A stretch of 64,000 bases of DNA from an uncultured Actinomycetes bacterium (GTDB taxonomy: Bacteria > Actinomycetota > Thermoleophilia > Gaiellales > JALYLC01), in assembly GCA_963834415.1 (NCBI GenBank), contig CAWIBP010000003.1:89289-153288 (forward strand), read 5' to 3'. How positions within the stretch are numbered: position 1 is the first letter of the stretch; each line of letters begins with the position of its first letter. Both the position numbers and the translations under genes were made by a program. Under the pieces are notes generated by a model. It was given only the letters and a program-made list of their open reading frames with translations, had not been told where the DNA came from and made no database searches. Shown here piece by piece: positions 27,680-37,949 of the stretch.

Positions 27680-28201
27680 ATGACCGCCGTGCTCCTGTTT
27701 GCCGCGGCGTGCGCCGCGATCGCGCTGGTCGGGTGGATCATCAGCAAGGTCACGGGCTCCCGGGCGTTCTTCATCGAGACCTGGCAGTACGACGAGGGCG
27801 AGACGATCCTCTGGCGCGACGACGCCGCCGACGTGGCCGTGATCCCGAAGCTCGGCCAGGCCGTGTCGATGACGCCGGCGCGCCTGCATCGCTGGCCGGT
27901 CGTGGTGACCAGCTCGCGCGTGCTGATCGGCAACAAGACGCTGACCGGCAAGGCGATGGTGCGGTACGTGCTGTATCCGGTCGCCGCACCCGACGGCCAC
28001 AGCGAGCAGCTCGACGGCGGCCTCCTCACGCGCGGCTACTCGACGGTCGTGATCGAGCCGGAGGTCGGGCGCGACCGGCTCGGCGGCGACGTGCGGCACC
28101 CGTACGTCTCGCTGACCCCGCGCGAGGGCGAGCGCTCGTCGACAAATCTTTCCCACGTCCGCATCTACACCGAGCTCGGGGAGACGTTCCGGCTGCCGTA
28201 G
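27680..28201 (+). CDS. membrane-anchored hypothetical protein
   Basis: Intact 173-aa ORF with an N-terminal TM ([18 protein letters not shown]) followed by a soluble domain. No family assigned. Confidence 0.55.
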   Translation: MTAVLLFAAACAAIALVGWIISKVTGSRAFFIETWQYDEGETILWRDDAADVAVIPKLGQAVSMTPARLHRWPVVVTSSRVLIGNKTLTGKAMVRYVLYPVAAPDGHSEQLDGGLLTRGYSTVVIEPEVGRDRLGGDVRHPYVSLTPREGERSSTNLSHVRIYTELGETFRLP

Positions 28202-28305
28202 GAGCGCGCTTGGCGTGCGCGGTGCTCCAAGCCGGGCGCAGCACGCCGCCATCGGCCGGAGGAATCGCTGTAGGCTCACGCCGGATCCCACCAGAGGAGT
28301 GCGCC

Positions 28306-29091
28306 ATGCCGGACACCACCGCTGAGCCGACCACTGCGAGCAAGCTCGTCGCCGAGGGACTCGGGACGTTCCTGCTCGTGTTCGGATCGCTCGGCACCGC
28401 GCTGTTCGCCGCCGATTTCGGCACCGGGGCCAACGGCAGCTCGCTCGGAGTCGGCTTCGTGGGCGTGGCCCTCGCGTTCGGCCTCACGCTGATGGCAGCG
28501 ATCTACACGTGGGGCCCGGTCTCGGGCGGGCACTTCAACCCCGCCGTCACGCTCGGCCTGGCCGCCGCCGGGCGCTTCGACTGGAAGCACGCTCCCGGCT
28601 ACCTGCTCGCTCAGGTCGCCGGAGGTGCCGTCGGCACGAGCCTGCTCGCCCTGATCGGCGTCTTCGGCCCGGCCGACTGGCTGGGCGACGCCCGGGACGG
28701 CGGATTCGCCAGCAACGGCTTCGGCGATCACTCCCCCGGCGGGTTCGGCATCGGCTCTGCGATCACGGCCGAGGTGCTCTTCACGGCGATCTTCATCCTC
28801 GTGATCCTGGGAGCCACGCATCCGCAGCGCGGCGCGGCGAAGTTCGCCGGCGTCGTCATCGGCCTGACGCTGACGGCGATCCACCTGGCCTCCATCCCGA
28901 TCGACAACACCTCGGTGAACCCGGCGCGCTCGCTCGCCGCGGCGATCTACGGCGGGAGCGATGCGCTCGTCCAGCTCTGGGTCTTCCTCCTGTTCCCGCT
29001 CGTCGGCGGGCTGCTCGCGGGCTACCTGCACCGCTCGCTGTTCGAGCCGAGGTCCCTGCCGCCGCGGCAGGCGGAGGCACGCGTCGAGTGA
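28306..29091 (+). CDS. aqpZ: aquaporin Z / MIP-family channel
   Basis: ATG after AGAGGAG. Two NPA boxes (GGHFNPAVTLG; TSVNPARSLA) and six TM segments. Confidence 0.9.
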   Translation: MPDTTAEPTTASKLVAEGLGTFLLVFGSLGTALFAADFGTGANGSSLGVGFVGVALAFGLTLMAAIYTWGPVSGGHFNPAVTLGLAAAGRFDWKHAPGYLLAQVAGGAVGTSLLALIGVFGPADWLGDARDGGFASNGFGDHSPGGFGIGSAITAEVLFTAIFILVILGATHPQRGAAKFAGVVIGLTLTAIHLASIPIDNTSVNPARSLAAAIYGGSDALVQLWVFLLFPLVGGLLAGYLHRSLFEPRSLPPRQAEARVE

Positions 29092-29172
29092 TCGGCAGCC
29101 GCATCGCGTGGCGCCGCGTAGCGGTGACCGTGTACGCCACCGCGTGATGCATCTGAGCAGGTACTTCGGTCA

Positions 29173-29246
29173 TCGGGGCGAGAGGATTTGAACCTCCGGC
29201 CGCCCGGCCCCCAGCCGGGTGCGCTACCAGACTGCGCCACGCCCCG
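29173..29246 (-). tRNA. tRNA-Pro (anticodon GGG)
   Basis: The 74-nt cloverleaf was folded by hand. Acceptor CGGGGCG/CGCCCCG, D arm GCGC-AGTCTGGTA-GCGC, anticodon arm CCCGG-CTGGGGG-CCGGG (GGG at positions 34-36, G37), T arm GGAGG-TTCAAAT-CCTCT, discriminator A. No encoded CCA. Confidence 0.9.
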
Positions 29247-29316
29247 TTCGCGGGCCAGTATAGCCCCCGCTCGCCGTCTGCCCCCACGCCCGCGCCGCGC
29301 CGCGTAGCCTGCGGAC

Positions 29317-29661
29317 ATGTCCGAGCCGTCCCCCGTAGCCTTCGAGACGCTCGTGCGCGACGCGCTCGACGCGTTGCCGGGCTGGCTCGCGCCGTACCTG
29401 GCGCGGATCAGCGTGCAGATCGAGGAGCGGCCGCCGCGCGGCGAGGAGGACGTCTACGCGCTGTTCGACGGGCCGGCGCTCGGCGACGACCCCGTCGGCC
29501 ACCTGCCGCCCGTGATCACGCTCTTCGAGCGACCGCTCGTCGAGGACTTCGGCGACGACCCGGCCGAGCTGCGCCGCGAGGTGCAGATCACGGTCGCGCA
29601 CGAGCTCGCGCACCTCTTCGGCTTCGACGAGGAGCGCATCGAGCGAGCTCGGCTACGGCTG
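29317..29661 (+). CDS. metallopeptidase-family protein (zinicin-like, HExxH; frame break near 29642)
   Basis: Reads MSEPSPVAFETLVRDALDALP...ITLFERPL...EVQITVAHELAHLFGFDEERIE. A 1-nt shift gives ELGYG followed by TGA at 29659-29661. The open frame beyond that is antisense to the CBS gene. Confidence 0.65.
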
Positions 29662-29670
29662 ATCGGCAGC

Positions 29671-30131
29671 TCAGTTCGCGCCGGTGCGCATGCGGTTGAT
29701 CGTCGCCACGAGCTCGGCGGTGTCGACCGGATCGTCCTCGTGGTCGCCCGTGCCGTGGCGCAGGCGCAGCGCGGCCCAGGCCATCAGGTCGCGCATCGAG
29801 ACCATGCCGATCACGCGGCCGTTGTCGAGCACCGGCAGGTGGCGGAAGTGGCCGTCGACCATGATCGCCATCGCCTCGGGCAGGCTCGTCGTGGCCGATG
29901 CCGTGAGCACGTTGGCGACCATGCGGTCGCTCACCGTTGAGATCGGGGTCGAAGCCCTGGGCCAGCACGCGCAGCAGGTCGCGCTCGCTGATCACGCCGA
30001 TCAGCTTGTCGTCCGTCGATCACGCAGGCGGCGCCGGTGTCGTGGTCGACCATGCGGTGCGCGACCTCGGCGAGCGTCGTGTCCGGCGGCACGGACAGGA
30101 CGCTGGTGTTCATCAGATCGGCGAGCTCCAT
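29671..30131 (-). CDS. CBS-domain pair protein (frame breaks near 30020 and 29940)
   Basis: Reads MELADLMNTSVLSVPPDTTLAEVAHRMVDHDTGAACVID / LIGVISERDLLRVLAQGFDP / VSDRMVANVLTASATTSLPEAMAIMVDGHFRHLPVLDNGRVIGMVSMRDLM. Confidence 0.7.
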
Positions 30132-30141
30132 GCTCGCGACC

Positions 30142-31546
30142 CTAGACGAGCAGGAGCAGCGGATGCTCCAGATAGCGGGTCACGGTCTGCAGCAGCCGCG
30201 CGCCATCGGCACCCGAGGCCGCGCGGTGATCGACCGAGAGGTTGACCGCCATCAGCGGACGCACGACGACCTGGCCGCCGATGCCGATCGCGCGCTCGAC
30301 GACGCTGCCGACCGCGAGGATGCCGGGCTCGGGCGGGTTGATGATCGCCTGGAAGCTCGTGATGCCGAGCATGCCGAGGTTCGAGATGCTGAACGTGCCG
30401 CCCTGGATCTCCTTCTGGCGCAGCGAGCCCTTGCGCGCGCGGCCGACGAGATCGCGCGTCGTCACCGCCAGATCGCGCAGCGAGAGCGAGTCGGCGTTGC
30501 GGATGACCGGCACGATCAGGCCCTCGTCGAGCGCCACCGCGACGCCGACGTGCGCCGCCGAGTGCTGGTGGATCTTGCCGTCGATCCACGAGCGGTGGAA
30601 GCCCGGGTGATCGCGCAGGGCGAGCGCGCAGGCGCGCACGATCAGATCGTTGACCGTCAGCTTGACGCCGTCGTCGGCGAGCTCGGCGTTGAGCTCCTCG
30701 CGCAGCGCCAGCGCCTTGCCCATGTCGATCTCGCACTGCAGGTAGAAGTGCGGGATCTCGGACTTCGACTCGCTCATGCGGCGCGCGACCGCGCGCAGCA
30801 TCGGGCTGGGCTCGATGATCGTCGCGGCCTCGTCGTCGCAGCCGCGGCTGCCGCGGGCGCGGCGCCGGAGCCGCGGCAGGGGCGGGCGCGGCTTCGCCAG
30901 CCTGCTCGGGCGCGGCCTCGGTCGCGCCGGCTCGCTCGACCGCCGCCGAGCGCGCGCTCGACGTCGATGCGGACGATGCGGCCGTCGGGGCCGCTGCCCT
31001 TGCCGGCCAGCGCTGCGCAGGTCGAGGCCGGCATCGCCGGCGATCCGCCGTGCGACCGGGCTCGCTTTCAGCTCGCCGCTGCTCGCGGACGTCGCTCGTG
31101 CGGCAGCTGCCGCGGCTGCGGGCGCCTGCTCGGCCGGGGCCTCGGCAGGCTGCCGCCGTCGCTCCCGGTCGTCCGGCGACGGCTCGCTCCGCTGCGGCGG
31201 CCGCGGCGGAGCTCGTCCTCCCCGCGCTCTCCGTCGGCGCCGGCGCCTCGGCGGCGGCCTCGCGCCGTCGCCGGCGCGGAGAAGCTCGAGACGTCCTCGC
31301 CCTCGGCGCCGATCACGGCGATCGGCGCGCCGAGCTCGGCGGACTCGCCGTCCTGCACGAGGATGCGCAGCAGCACGCCGTCGGCGTAGGCGTTGCAGCT
31401 CCATCGTGGCCTTGTCGGTCTCGATCTCGGCGAGCACGTCGCCCTCGTGCACGGCGTCGCCCTCGCTGCACGAGCCAGCGGGCGATCGTCCCCCGCTCCA
31501 TCGTGTCCGACAGCCGCGGCATGACGACTTCTTCAGCCGCGAACAC
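30142..31546 (-). CDS. pdhC: dihydrolipoamide acyltransferase, E2 component of a 2-oxo acid dehydrogenase complex (many frame breaks in lipoyl and linker regions)
   Basis: The lipoyl domain is read from fragments ([19 protein letters not shown] / [23 protein letters not shown] / [26 protein letters not shown]). An Ala/Pro linker and the E3-binding segment [16 protein letters not shown] follow. The catalytic domain is intact: [13 protein letters not shown]...[11 protein letters not shown]...[18 protein letters not shown]. Confidence 0.8.
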
Positions 31547-32556
31547 CTACGCCTCCTGCAGCAATCCACACTCGGCGAGCAGGCCGCGCGCGGCCTTCTC
31601 GATCTTGTCCTCGAGCGGTCAGCGCGGCGAGCTCGAGCGGCTTGGCGTACGGCATCGGCACCTCGGCCCCGCCGACGCGCTCGACCGGCGCGTCGAGGTC
31701 GTCGAAGCACTCGCGCGAGATGCGCGCGGCGATCTCGGCGCCGATCGCCGTAGGTCGCCCAGCCCTCCTCGGCGACGAGCGCGCGCGAGGTCTTGGCGAC
31801 GCTCGTGCAGATCGTCTCGACGTCGAGCGGCCGCAGCGAGCGCAGGTCGACGACCTCGACCTCGATCCCGTGCTGGGCGAGGCGGTCGGCGACCGTCAGC
31901 GCGCGCCGCACGGTGTAGCAGTGGGCGATGATCGTGAGGTCGCTGCCCTCGCGCACGACCTGCGCGCGGCCGATCGGCACCGTGAAGTCGTCGTCGGGCT
32001 CGGGCAGCGCGCCCCTGACGTTGTAGAGCACGAGGTTCTCGACGAACAGCACCGGGTCGTCGTCGCGGATCGCGGTCTTGAGCAGGCCGTAGGCGTCGAG
32101 CGGCGTCGACGGCGCGACGACCTTGAGGCCCGGCGTGTGCGCGAACATCACCTCGAGGCTCTGCGAGTGCTGGGCGGTGAGCTGCGCGCCGGCGCCCGCC
32201 GGGCGTGCGGATCACCAGCGGCACGCCGACCTTGCCGCCGAACATCTGGCGCATCTTGGCGGCGTGGTTCACGACCATGTCCATCGCGACGAGGATGAAG
32301 TTGATCGTCATGATCTCGACGACCGGCCGCAGGCCCAGCATCGCGGCGCCGACGCCGGCGCCGACGAAGCCCTCCTCGGCGATCGGCGTCTCGCGCACGC
32401 GGCGCCCGCCGTACTTCGCGTAGAGGCCCGGCGGTGACCTTGTAGGAGCCCTCGAAGCGGCCGATCTCCTCGCCCATCAGGAACACGTTCTCGTCGCGCG
32501 CGAGCTCCTCGTCGCAGCGCGCGCCGCAGCGCCTCGCGGTAGGTCACGTCCGCCAT
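31547..32556 (-). CDS. pdhB: 2-oxo acid dehydrogenase E1 component, beta subunit (several frame breaks)
   Basis: Reads [14 protein letters not shown] / [20 protein letters not shown] / [67 protein letters not shown] / [43 protein letters not shown]...[11 protein letters not shown]. Confidence 0.8.
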
Positions 32557-33611
32557 GAACGCGTCCCCTCCCGCTCGCCGAACGGGCCGCCGCGCGCCAT
32601 CGGCGCGAACTGCTCGCGCCAGCTTCGGGTCGCCGTAGACGTTGTCGAAGAGGTTGTCGGGATCGGGCGCCGGATCGCGCGGCCGCCTGCGCGGATGGCG
32701 GCGTCGATCTCGGCGTTGACCTCGGTGCGGATGCGCTTGACCGTCGTCGGGCGTCGATCCCCTGCTGCGCCACGAAGCGGTCGATCGGGTCGCGCTGCTG
32801 CGCCTCGGCGACCTCGTCCGCGGCGCGGTAGACCTTGCCGGCGTCGGCCACCGAGTGGCCGCGGAAGCGGTAGGTCGTCGTCTCGAGCAGCGCCGGCTCG
32901 CGCTCCTCGCGCGCCCGTCGCAGGAGCCGCTCGGAGGCCTCGAGCACCGCCAGCAGGTCGTTGCCGTCGACGCGCTCGCCGTGCATGCGGTAGGCCGCGG
33001 CGCGCTTGCACAGCTCGGGCTCGGCGGAGGCCATCTCGACGGAGGTGCCCATGCCGTAGCGGTTGTTGATGACCTGGAACACGATCGGCAGGTTCCAGAT
33101 CGCGGCCAGGTTGAGCGACTCGTGGAAGGCGCCGATGTTGGTCGCGCCGTCGCCGAGCTGGCACGAGCACGGCGTTCGGCTTGCCCTCGTAGTCGAGCGC
33201 GAGCGCGACGCCCACGGCGATCGGCAGCTGCCCGCCGACGATGCCCCAGCCGCCGAGGAAGTGGCGCTCGACGTCGAGCAGGTGCATCGAGCCGCCGTAG
33301 CCGCCGGCGACGCCCGTGGCCTTGCCGAAGAGCTCGGCCATCACGCGGTGCGGGCTCGGAGCCGATGGCCAGCGCCGTGCCGTGGTCGCGGTAGCTCGCG
33401 AACAGGTAGTCGCCGGGCTCCATCGGCTCGATCGCGCCGACGTTGGCCGCCTCCTCGCCGATGGCGAGGTGGCAGTAGCCGCCGATGCGCGCGCGGGTGT
33501 ACTGCTCCTCCGTGCGCTCCTCGAAGCGGCGGATGAGCAGCATCTTGCGCAGCAGGCGCTCCGCAGTCTCCGGGGTCGATCGGCGACCGACGAGTGCTGG
33601 ATAGCGCTCAC
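32544..33611 (-). CDS. pdhA: 2-oxo acid dehydrogenase E1 component, alpha subunit (about six frame breaks)
   Basis: Reads [42 protein letters not shown]...YRDHG / [24 protein letters not shown]...[18 protein letters not shown] / [37 protein letters not shown] (ThDP motif) / ...[13 protein letters not shown] at 33611 is taken as the start. The gene overlaps the pdhB start. Confidence 0.75.
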   Translation of the reverse strand: MSAIQHSSVADRPRRLRSACCARCCSSAASRSARRSSTPARASAATATSPSARRRPTSARSSRWSPATTCSRATATTARRWPSAPSPHRVMAELFGKATGVAGGYGGSMHLLDVERHFLGGWGIVGGQLPIAVGVALALDYEGKPNAVLVPARRRRDQHRRLPRVAQPGRDLEPADRVPGHQQPLRHGHLRRDGLRRARAVQARRGLPHARRARRRQRPAGGARGLRAAPATGARGARAGAARDDDLPLPRPLGGRRRQGLPRRGRGRRGAAARPDRPLRGAAGDRRPTTVKRIRTEVNAEIDAAIRAGGRAIRRPIPTTSSTTSTATRSWREQFAPMARGGPFGEREGTRSWRT

Positions 33612-33650
33612 CGGCTCAGTCTTGCACGTCGGGCCGCAGGAGGTGCGTTG

Positions 33651-35359
33651 TCATCGCGGCGCGACCTCGGCATCAGCTCGGCGTGCAGCGCGGCGATGCG
33701 GCGCCGACGCGCCGTCGAGCGGCACGCTCTCGGACTCGCCCGTGCGGCGCTGGCGCACGTCGACCGTGCCGTCGCTGACGGTGCGCTTGCCGACGGTCAC
33801 GCGGAGCGGCGCGCCGATCAGGTCGGCGTCGGCGAAGCGGCTGCCCGGGCTGCCCTCGCGGTCGTCGACCATGGCCGTCAGGCCGAGCGCGCGCGAGCTC
33901 GTCGGCCAGCCGGTCGGCGTGCGCGGGCGCCTCGTCGCCGATCGCGACCATCCAGACGTCGAACGGGGCGATCGGCGCCGGCCAGATGCAGCCGTGCTCG
34001 TCGAACGACTGCTCGATCGCGGCCGCGGCGATGCGGGCCGGGCCGATGCCGTAGCTCCCCATCACGATCGGCTGCTCGCCGCCGCTCTCGTCGAGGTAGG
34101 TCGCCCCCATGACGTCGCTGAAGCGCGTGCCGAGCTTGAAGATGTTGCCGATCTCGATCATCGGCTCGATCGAGAGCACGCCGTCGCAGAGCGGGCAGCC
34201 GTCGCCGTCCTCGACCTCGTGCAGGTCGGCGAACACGGCCTCGAAGTCGCGGCCCGCCTCGACGCCCGTGAGGTGCCAGCCGGTGCGGTTCGCGCCCGTC
34301 ACCCACGCGCCCTCGCGCAGCGTCTCGTCGGCGATGATGCCGCCGATCCCGCCCGGGCGGATGCCGACCGGGCCGATCGAGCCGGGCTTGGCGCCGAACG
34401 CGGCCTCGATCTGCTCGGGCGTCGCCGCCTCGGTGGTCTGCCGCAGCGCCTTGCTGAGCTTGAGCTCGTGCAGGCGGCGGTCGCCGCGCACGAGCGCCAG
34501 CCAGACCTTGCCGTCGGCCGCCACGACGGGCATCGCCTTGCCGGTCGTGCGCGGGTCGATGCCGAGGAATGCGGCGAGCTCGTCGATCGTGCCCGCGCCG
34601 GGCGTCTCGACCTCAGCCACCGGCGCGCTCGGCGGAGACGGCGCGCGCGATCCGCGACACGGCCATCTCGACGTTGGCCGCGTAGTCGCGCGGCTGCAGC
34701 GTGCGACGCGATCCTCGCCGGCGCTCGAGGGCGCCATGTACTGGCGCGAGCGAGCCGCCCATGATCCCGGTGTCCGACTCCACCTTGTAGAAGGCGAGCC
34801 CGCAGCGCGTGTAGATGCGGTCGTAGGCCGCCTCGTGCAGCGCGTAGCTCGCATCCAGGCCCGCCTGGTCGCGATCGAGCGTGTACGAGTCCTTCATCGT
34901 GAACTCGCGCGTGCGCAGCACGCCGCCCGAGGAACGCGGCTCGTCCCGCTCCTTGAGCTGGATGTGGTACCAGATCTGCGGCAGGTCGCGATAGCTGCGG
35001 ATCGTCTGCGAGGCGTGCAGCGCGACGATCTCCTCGTGCGTGATCGCGAGCACGAGGTCGCGGTCGGCGCGGTCGGTCAGGCGGAAGACGACGTCGACGT
35101 CGTAGCGGCCCGAGCGCTTCCAGATCTCCGCCGGGTGCAGCACCGGCATGAGCATCTCCTGCCCGCCGATCGCGTCCATCTCCTCGCGGATGATCTCCTG
35201 CACGCGCCGCTGCACGCGCCAGCCGAGCGGCAGCCACGTCCACATGCCGGCGCCGACCTGCTTGACCATGCCCGCGCGCACGAGCAGCTTGTGGCTCTCG
35301 GCGACCGCGTCGCCGGGGGCGTCGCGGAGCGTCGGCATCAGGTAGCGCGTCGCGCGCAT
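33651..35359 (-). CDS. proS: proline--tRNA ligase, bacterial type (at least three frame breaks; 3' end uncertain, 33609-33651)
   Basis: ATG at 35359, 2 nt after the lpdA stop. Reads MRATRYLMPTLRDAPGDAVAESHKLLVRAGMVKQVGAGMWTWLPLG...RDEPRSSGGVLRTREFTMKDSY (class II motif 2). An editing-domain segment follows. The C-terminal half reads IEIGNIFKLGTRFSDVMGATYLDESGGEQPIVMGSYGIGPARI plus the anticodon-binding domain. Confidence 0.85.
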
Positions 35360-35361
35360 GC

Positions 35362-36791
35362 TCACCGCTTCTTCGGCGCCGGGATGTGCAACGGGCGTCC
35401 GAGCGCGACGAGGGCCGCCTCCTTGGTCGGCCTCGCCCAGCGTCGGGTGCGCGGCGATCGAGTCGCCGACCGTCTCGAGCGTGGCCTCCGCCTCGATCGC
35501 GACGACGCCCGCCTCGATCAGCTCGGTGGCCTGCGTGCCGAAGGCGACCATGCCGAGGAACTCGCCGTAGCGCGCCTCGCCGATGACCTTCACGAAGCCG
35601 GTGCGGTCGCCGTACATGGCCGCGCGGGCGATCGCCGCGTACGGCATCGTCCCGGTCACGACCTGATCGCCGTGGAGCTCGCGCGCCTGGGCCTCCGAGA
35701 GGCCGACGGACGCGACCTCCGGGTCGGTGTAGACGCAGCGCGGCGTCGAGCGGTAGTCGATCTCGGAGGCGTGCCGGCCGAGCGCGTTCTCGGCCGCGAC
35801 CTCGCCCTCGCGGAAGGCGGTGTGGGCGAGCTGCCAGTTGCCCGCCACGTCGCCGGCGGCGAAGATGTGCGGGACGTTCGTGCGCATGTGCGCGTCGACC
35901 GGGATGCGGCGCTTCTCGGCCGTCACGCCGGCCGCCTCGAGGCCGATGTCCTCGACGTTGGCGACGCGCCCGGTGGAGACGAGGATGACGTCCGCCTCGA
36001 GCAACCGGCTCTCGCCGGCCTCGGTCTCGTAGCTCAGCACGAGGTTGCCGCCGCGCTCCTCGACGCCGGTCGCGCGCGAGCCGACCTCGACGCCGATCGA
36101 GCGGCGCTTGAAGGCCTTCTGCAGCGCCGCGACGGCGTCGCGATCCTCGTTCCCGATCAGGTTCGGGAGCATCTCGACGATCGTGACCGCCGCGCCGAAC
36201 TGCGAGTAGATCGAGGCGAACTCGCTGCCGATCACGCCGCCGCCGAGCACGATCAGGCGGCGCGGCACGGCGTCGAGCTCGAGCGCGCCGGTGGAGTCGA
36301 TGCAGCGCGGGTGGTCGATGCCGGGGATCGGCGGCGCGGCCGGGCGCGAGCCGGTGGCGATCACGGCGGACGTGAACTGCACGTCCTCGCCGCCCTCGAC
36401 GGCGAGCGTAGTTGGGCCCGGTGAACGTCCCGCGGCCGGTGACGACGCGGATGCCGTTGCCCTTGAGCAGGCCCGCGAGGCCCTTGACGACGCCGTCGAC
36501 GATGCCGCGGCGGTTGCTCTGCACCTGCTCGAAGTCGAGGTCGATGTTGCCGACGCGCACGCCGAGCTGCGCGAAGTGGCCGTGCGCGTCGCTGAACGCG
36601 TGCGCGGACTGCACCATCGCCTTCGTGGGAATGCAGCCGACGTTGAGGCAGGTGCCGCCCACGATCGCCGACTCGCCGCCGACGGCGGTGGCCTGCTCCA
36701 CGATCACGACCGATGCGCCCAGCTGCGCGGCGCGAATCGCCGCTGGATAGCCGCCCGGCCCTGAGCCGAGGACGACGAGATCGCACTCCAT
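35362..36791 (-). CDS. lpdA: dihydrolipoyl dehydrogenase, E3 component (frame breaks near 36400 and 35420)
   Basis: Reads MECDLVVLGSGPGGYPAAIRAAQLG...GGTCLNVGCIPTKAM (redox disulphide) / ...LIVLGGGVIGSEFASIY...IFAAGDVAGNWQLAHTA...AAHPTLGEA / KEAALVALGRPLHIPAPKKR. TGA at 35362-35364. Confidence 0.85.
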
Positions 36792-36869
36792 GCTGGGTTC
36801 CCTTCAGGTCGCTTGCCGGCCAACCTAGCAGGCGGAAACGGATCGCCGCCCCGACTCCGATCATCTAGG

Positions 36870-37207
36870 ATGACGGCCGTGACGGCCCTTGCGGAGCAGT
36901 GGGATGCGATCCTCGCGGAGCAGCGCCGGCGACTGGTCCAGCTCCGCCTCGAGCTCCGGCTCGCGGACACGCTGCAGACCGAGCGCGCGTGCGTCGTGCT
37001 CGCGCCCGCTCAACCCCTGGCGCCGCGACGACGACTACCGCATCGGCATCCTGCGCTTCCAGGCCGCGCGACGTTCGGCTACGGCTCCTTCCCGGACTCG
37101 TGCGCACGCGCCTCGCGCAGCTCGACGACGAGGGCATCGGCGGCTCGCTGGCGCTCCTGAGCGGCATCGACGCCATCGAGCCCGTCGCCACGCAGGGCTA
37201 CGCGTAG
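36870..37207 (+). CDS. hypothetical protein (about three frame breaks)
   Basis: The high-GC3 reading runs MTAVTALAEQWDAILAEQRRRLVQLRLELRLADTLQTER... / WRRDDDYRIGILRFQAA / TFGYGSFPDS / VRTRLAQLDDEGIGGSLALLSGIDAIEPVATQGYA. TAG at 37205-37207. No family recognised. Confidence 0.3.
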
Positions 37208-37231
37208 GCGCCCCGGCGCCCGACTGCGACC

Positions 37232-37893
37232 GTGGCATCCTTCCTCCGCATCGGCGGCGACGAGCTCGAGCTCCGCAGCGGCCGCATCGTCTGGCGGCCG
37301 GGCACCGCGGGTGACGCCGAGGGCATCGCCTTCGCGCTGACCGCCCACGGCGGCTCGCATCTGCTCCACGTCACCGGCTGGCTGCCCGGCAGCGCGCCCT
37401 CCGACCTCTCCTGCAGCGAGCTGCTGCTCGACGTGCCGGGCCCCGACGCCGCGCTCGACGGGCGCATCTTCGCGATGGCGCTCGTGCGCTTCGGGCGCGT
37501 CGGCGACAAGCGCGCCGTGATCTCGCTCGACGGCGAGATCGAGGACATCGAGGCCGATTCCGACGCGCGCACCACCGTCGCCGCCGACATCGTCTGCGCC
37601 GTCGAGCGCGCCCACGATCCGGTGTTCTGCAGCGCCTGCGGGACGACGCTCGCGGCCGTCGGCGCCGAGCGCCACGAGTTCGCGGGCGGGCGGCTGCGTG
37701 ACGACGCGGCACACGGCGACGACGCTGCCCCGGCTGCGCCGACGCGCTGCGCGGCCGGCCGCCCGCCTTCTGTACCGCCTGCGGCGTCGCCTACGAGCCC
37801 GCGGGCATGGAGCACCAGGCCGACGAGCTCCTGCTCGCCTACACCTGCACGTGCCCGGCCGGGCATACGGTGTCCGGCATCAACGCCGTCTAG
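37232..37893 (+). CDS. hypothetical protein with C-terminal zinc-ribbon-like Cys pairs (one frame break near 37720)
   Basis: Reads MASFLRIGGDELELRSGRIVWRPG...AVISLDGEIEDIEADSD...FCSACGTTL... After the shift it reads RCPGCADALRGRPPAFCTACGVAYEPAGMEHQADELLLAYTCTCPAGHTVSGINAV. TAG at 37891-37893. Confidence 0.45.
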
Positions 37894-37949
37894 GCGACTT
37901 GTCCGGTTCAGCCTCGCGCGCGCTCCGTGACGGATCGGGCCGTCGCGCA

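Noticed and set aside
29092-29316. An integrative element or genomic island at tRNA-Pro.
   Set aside because: There is no integrase, no direct repeat of the tRNA 3' end, and ordinary genes (aqpZ, a metallopeptidase) lie on both sides.
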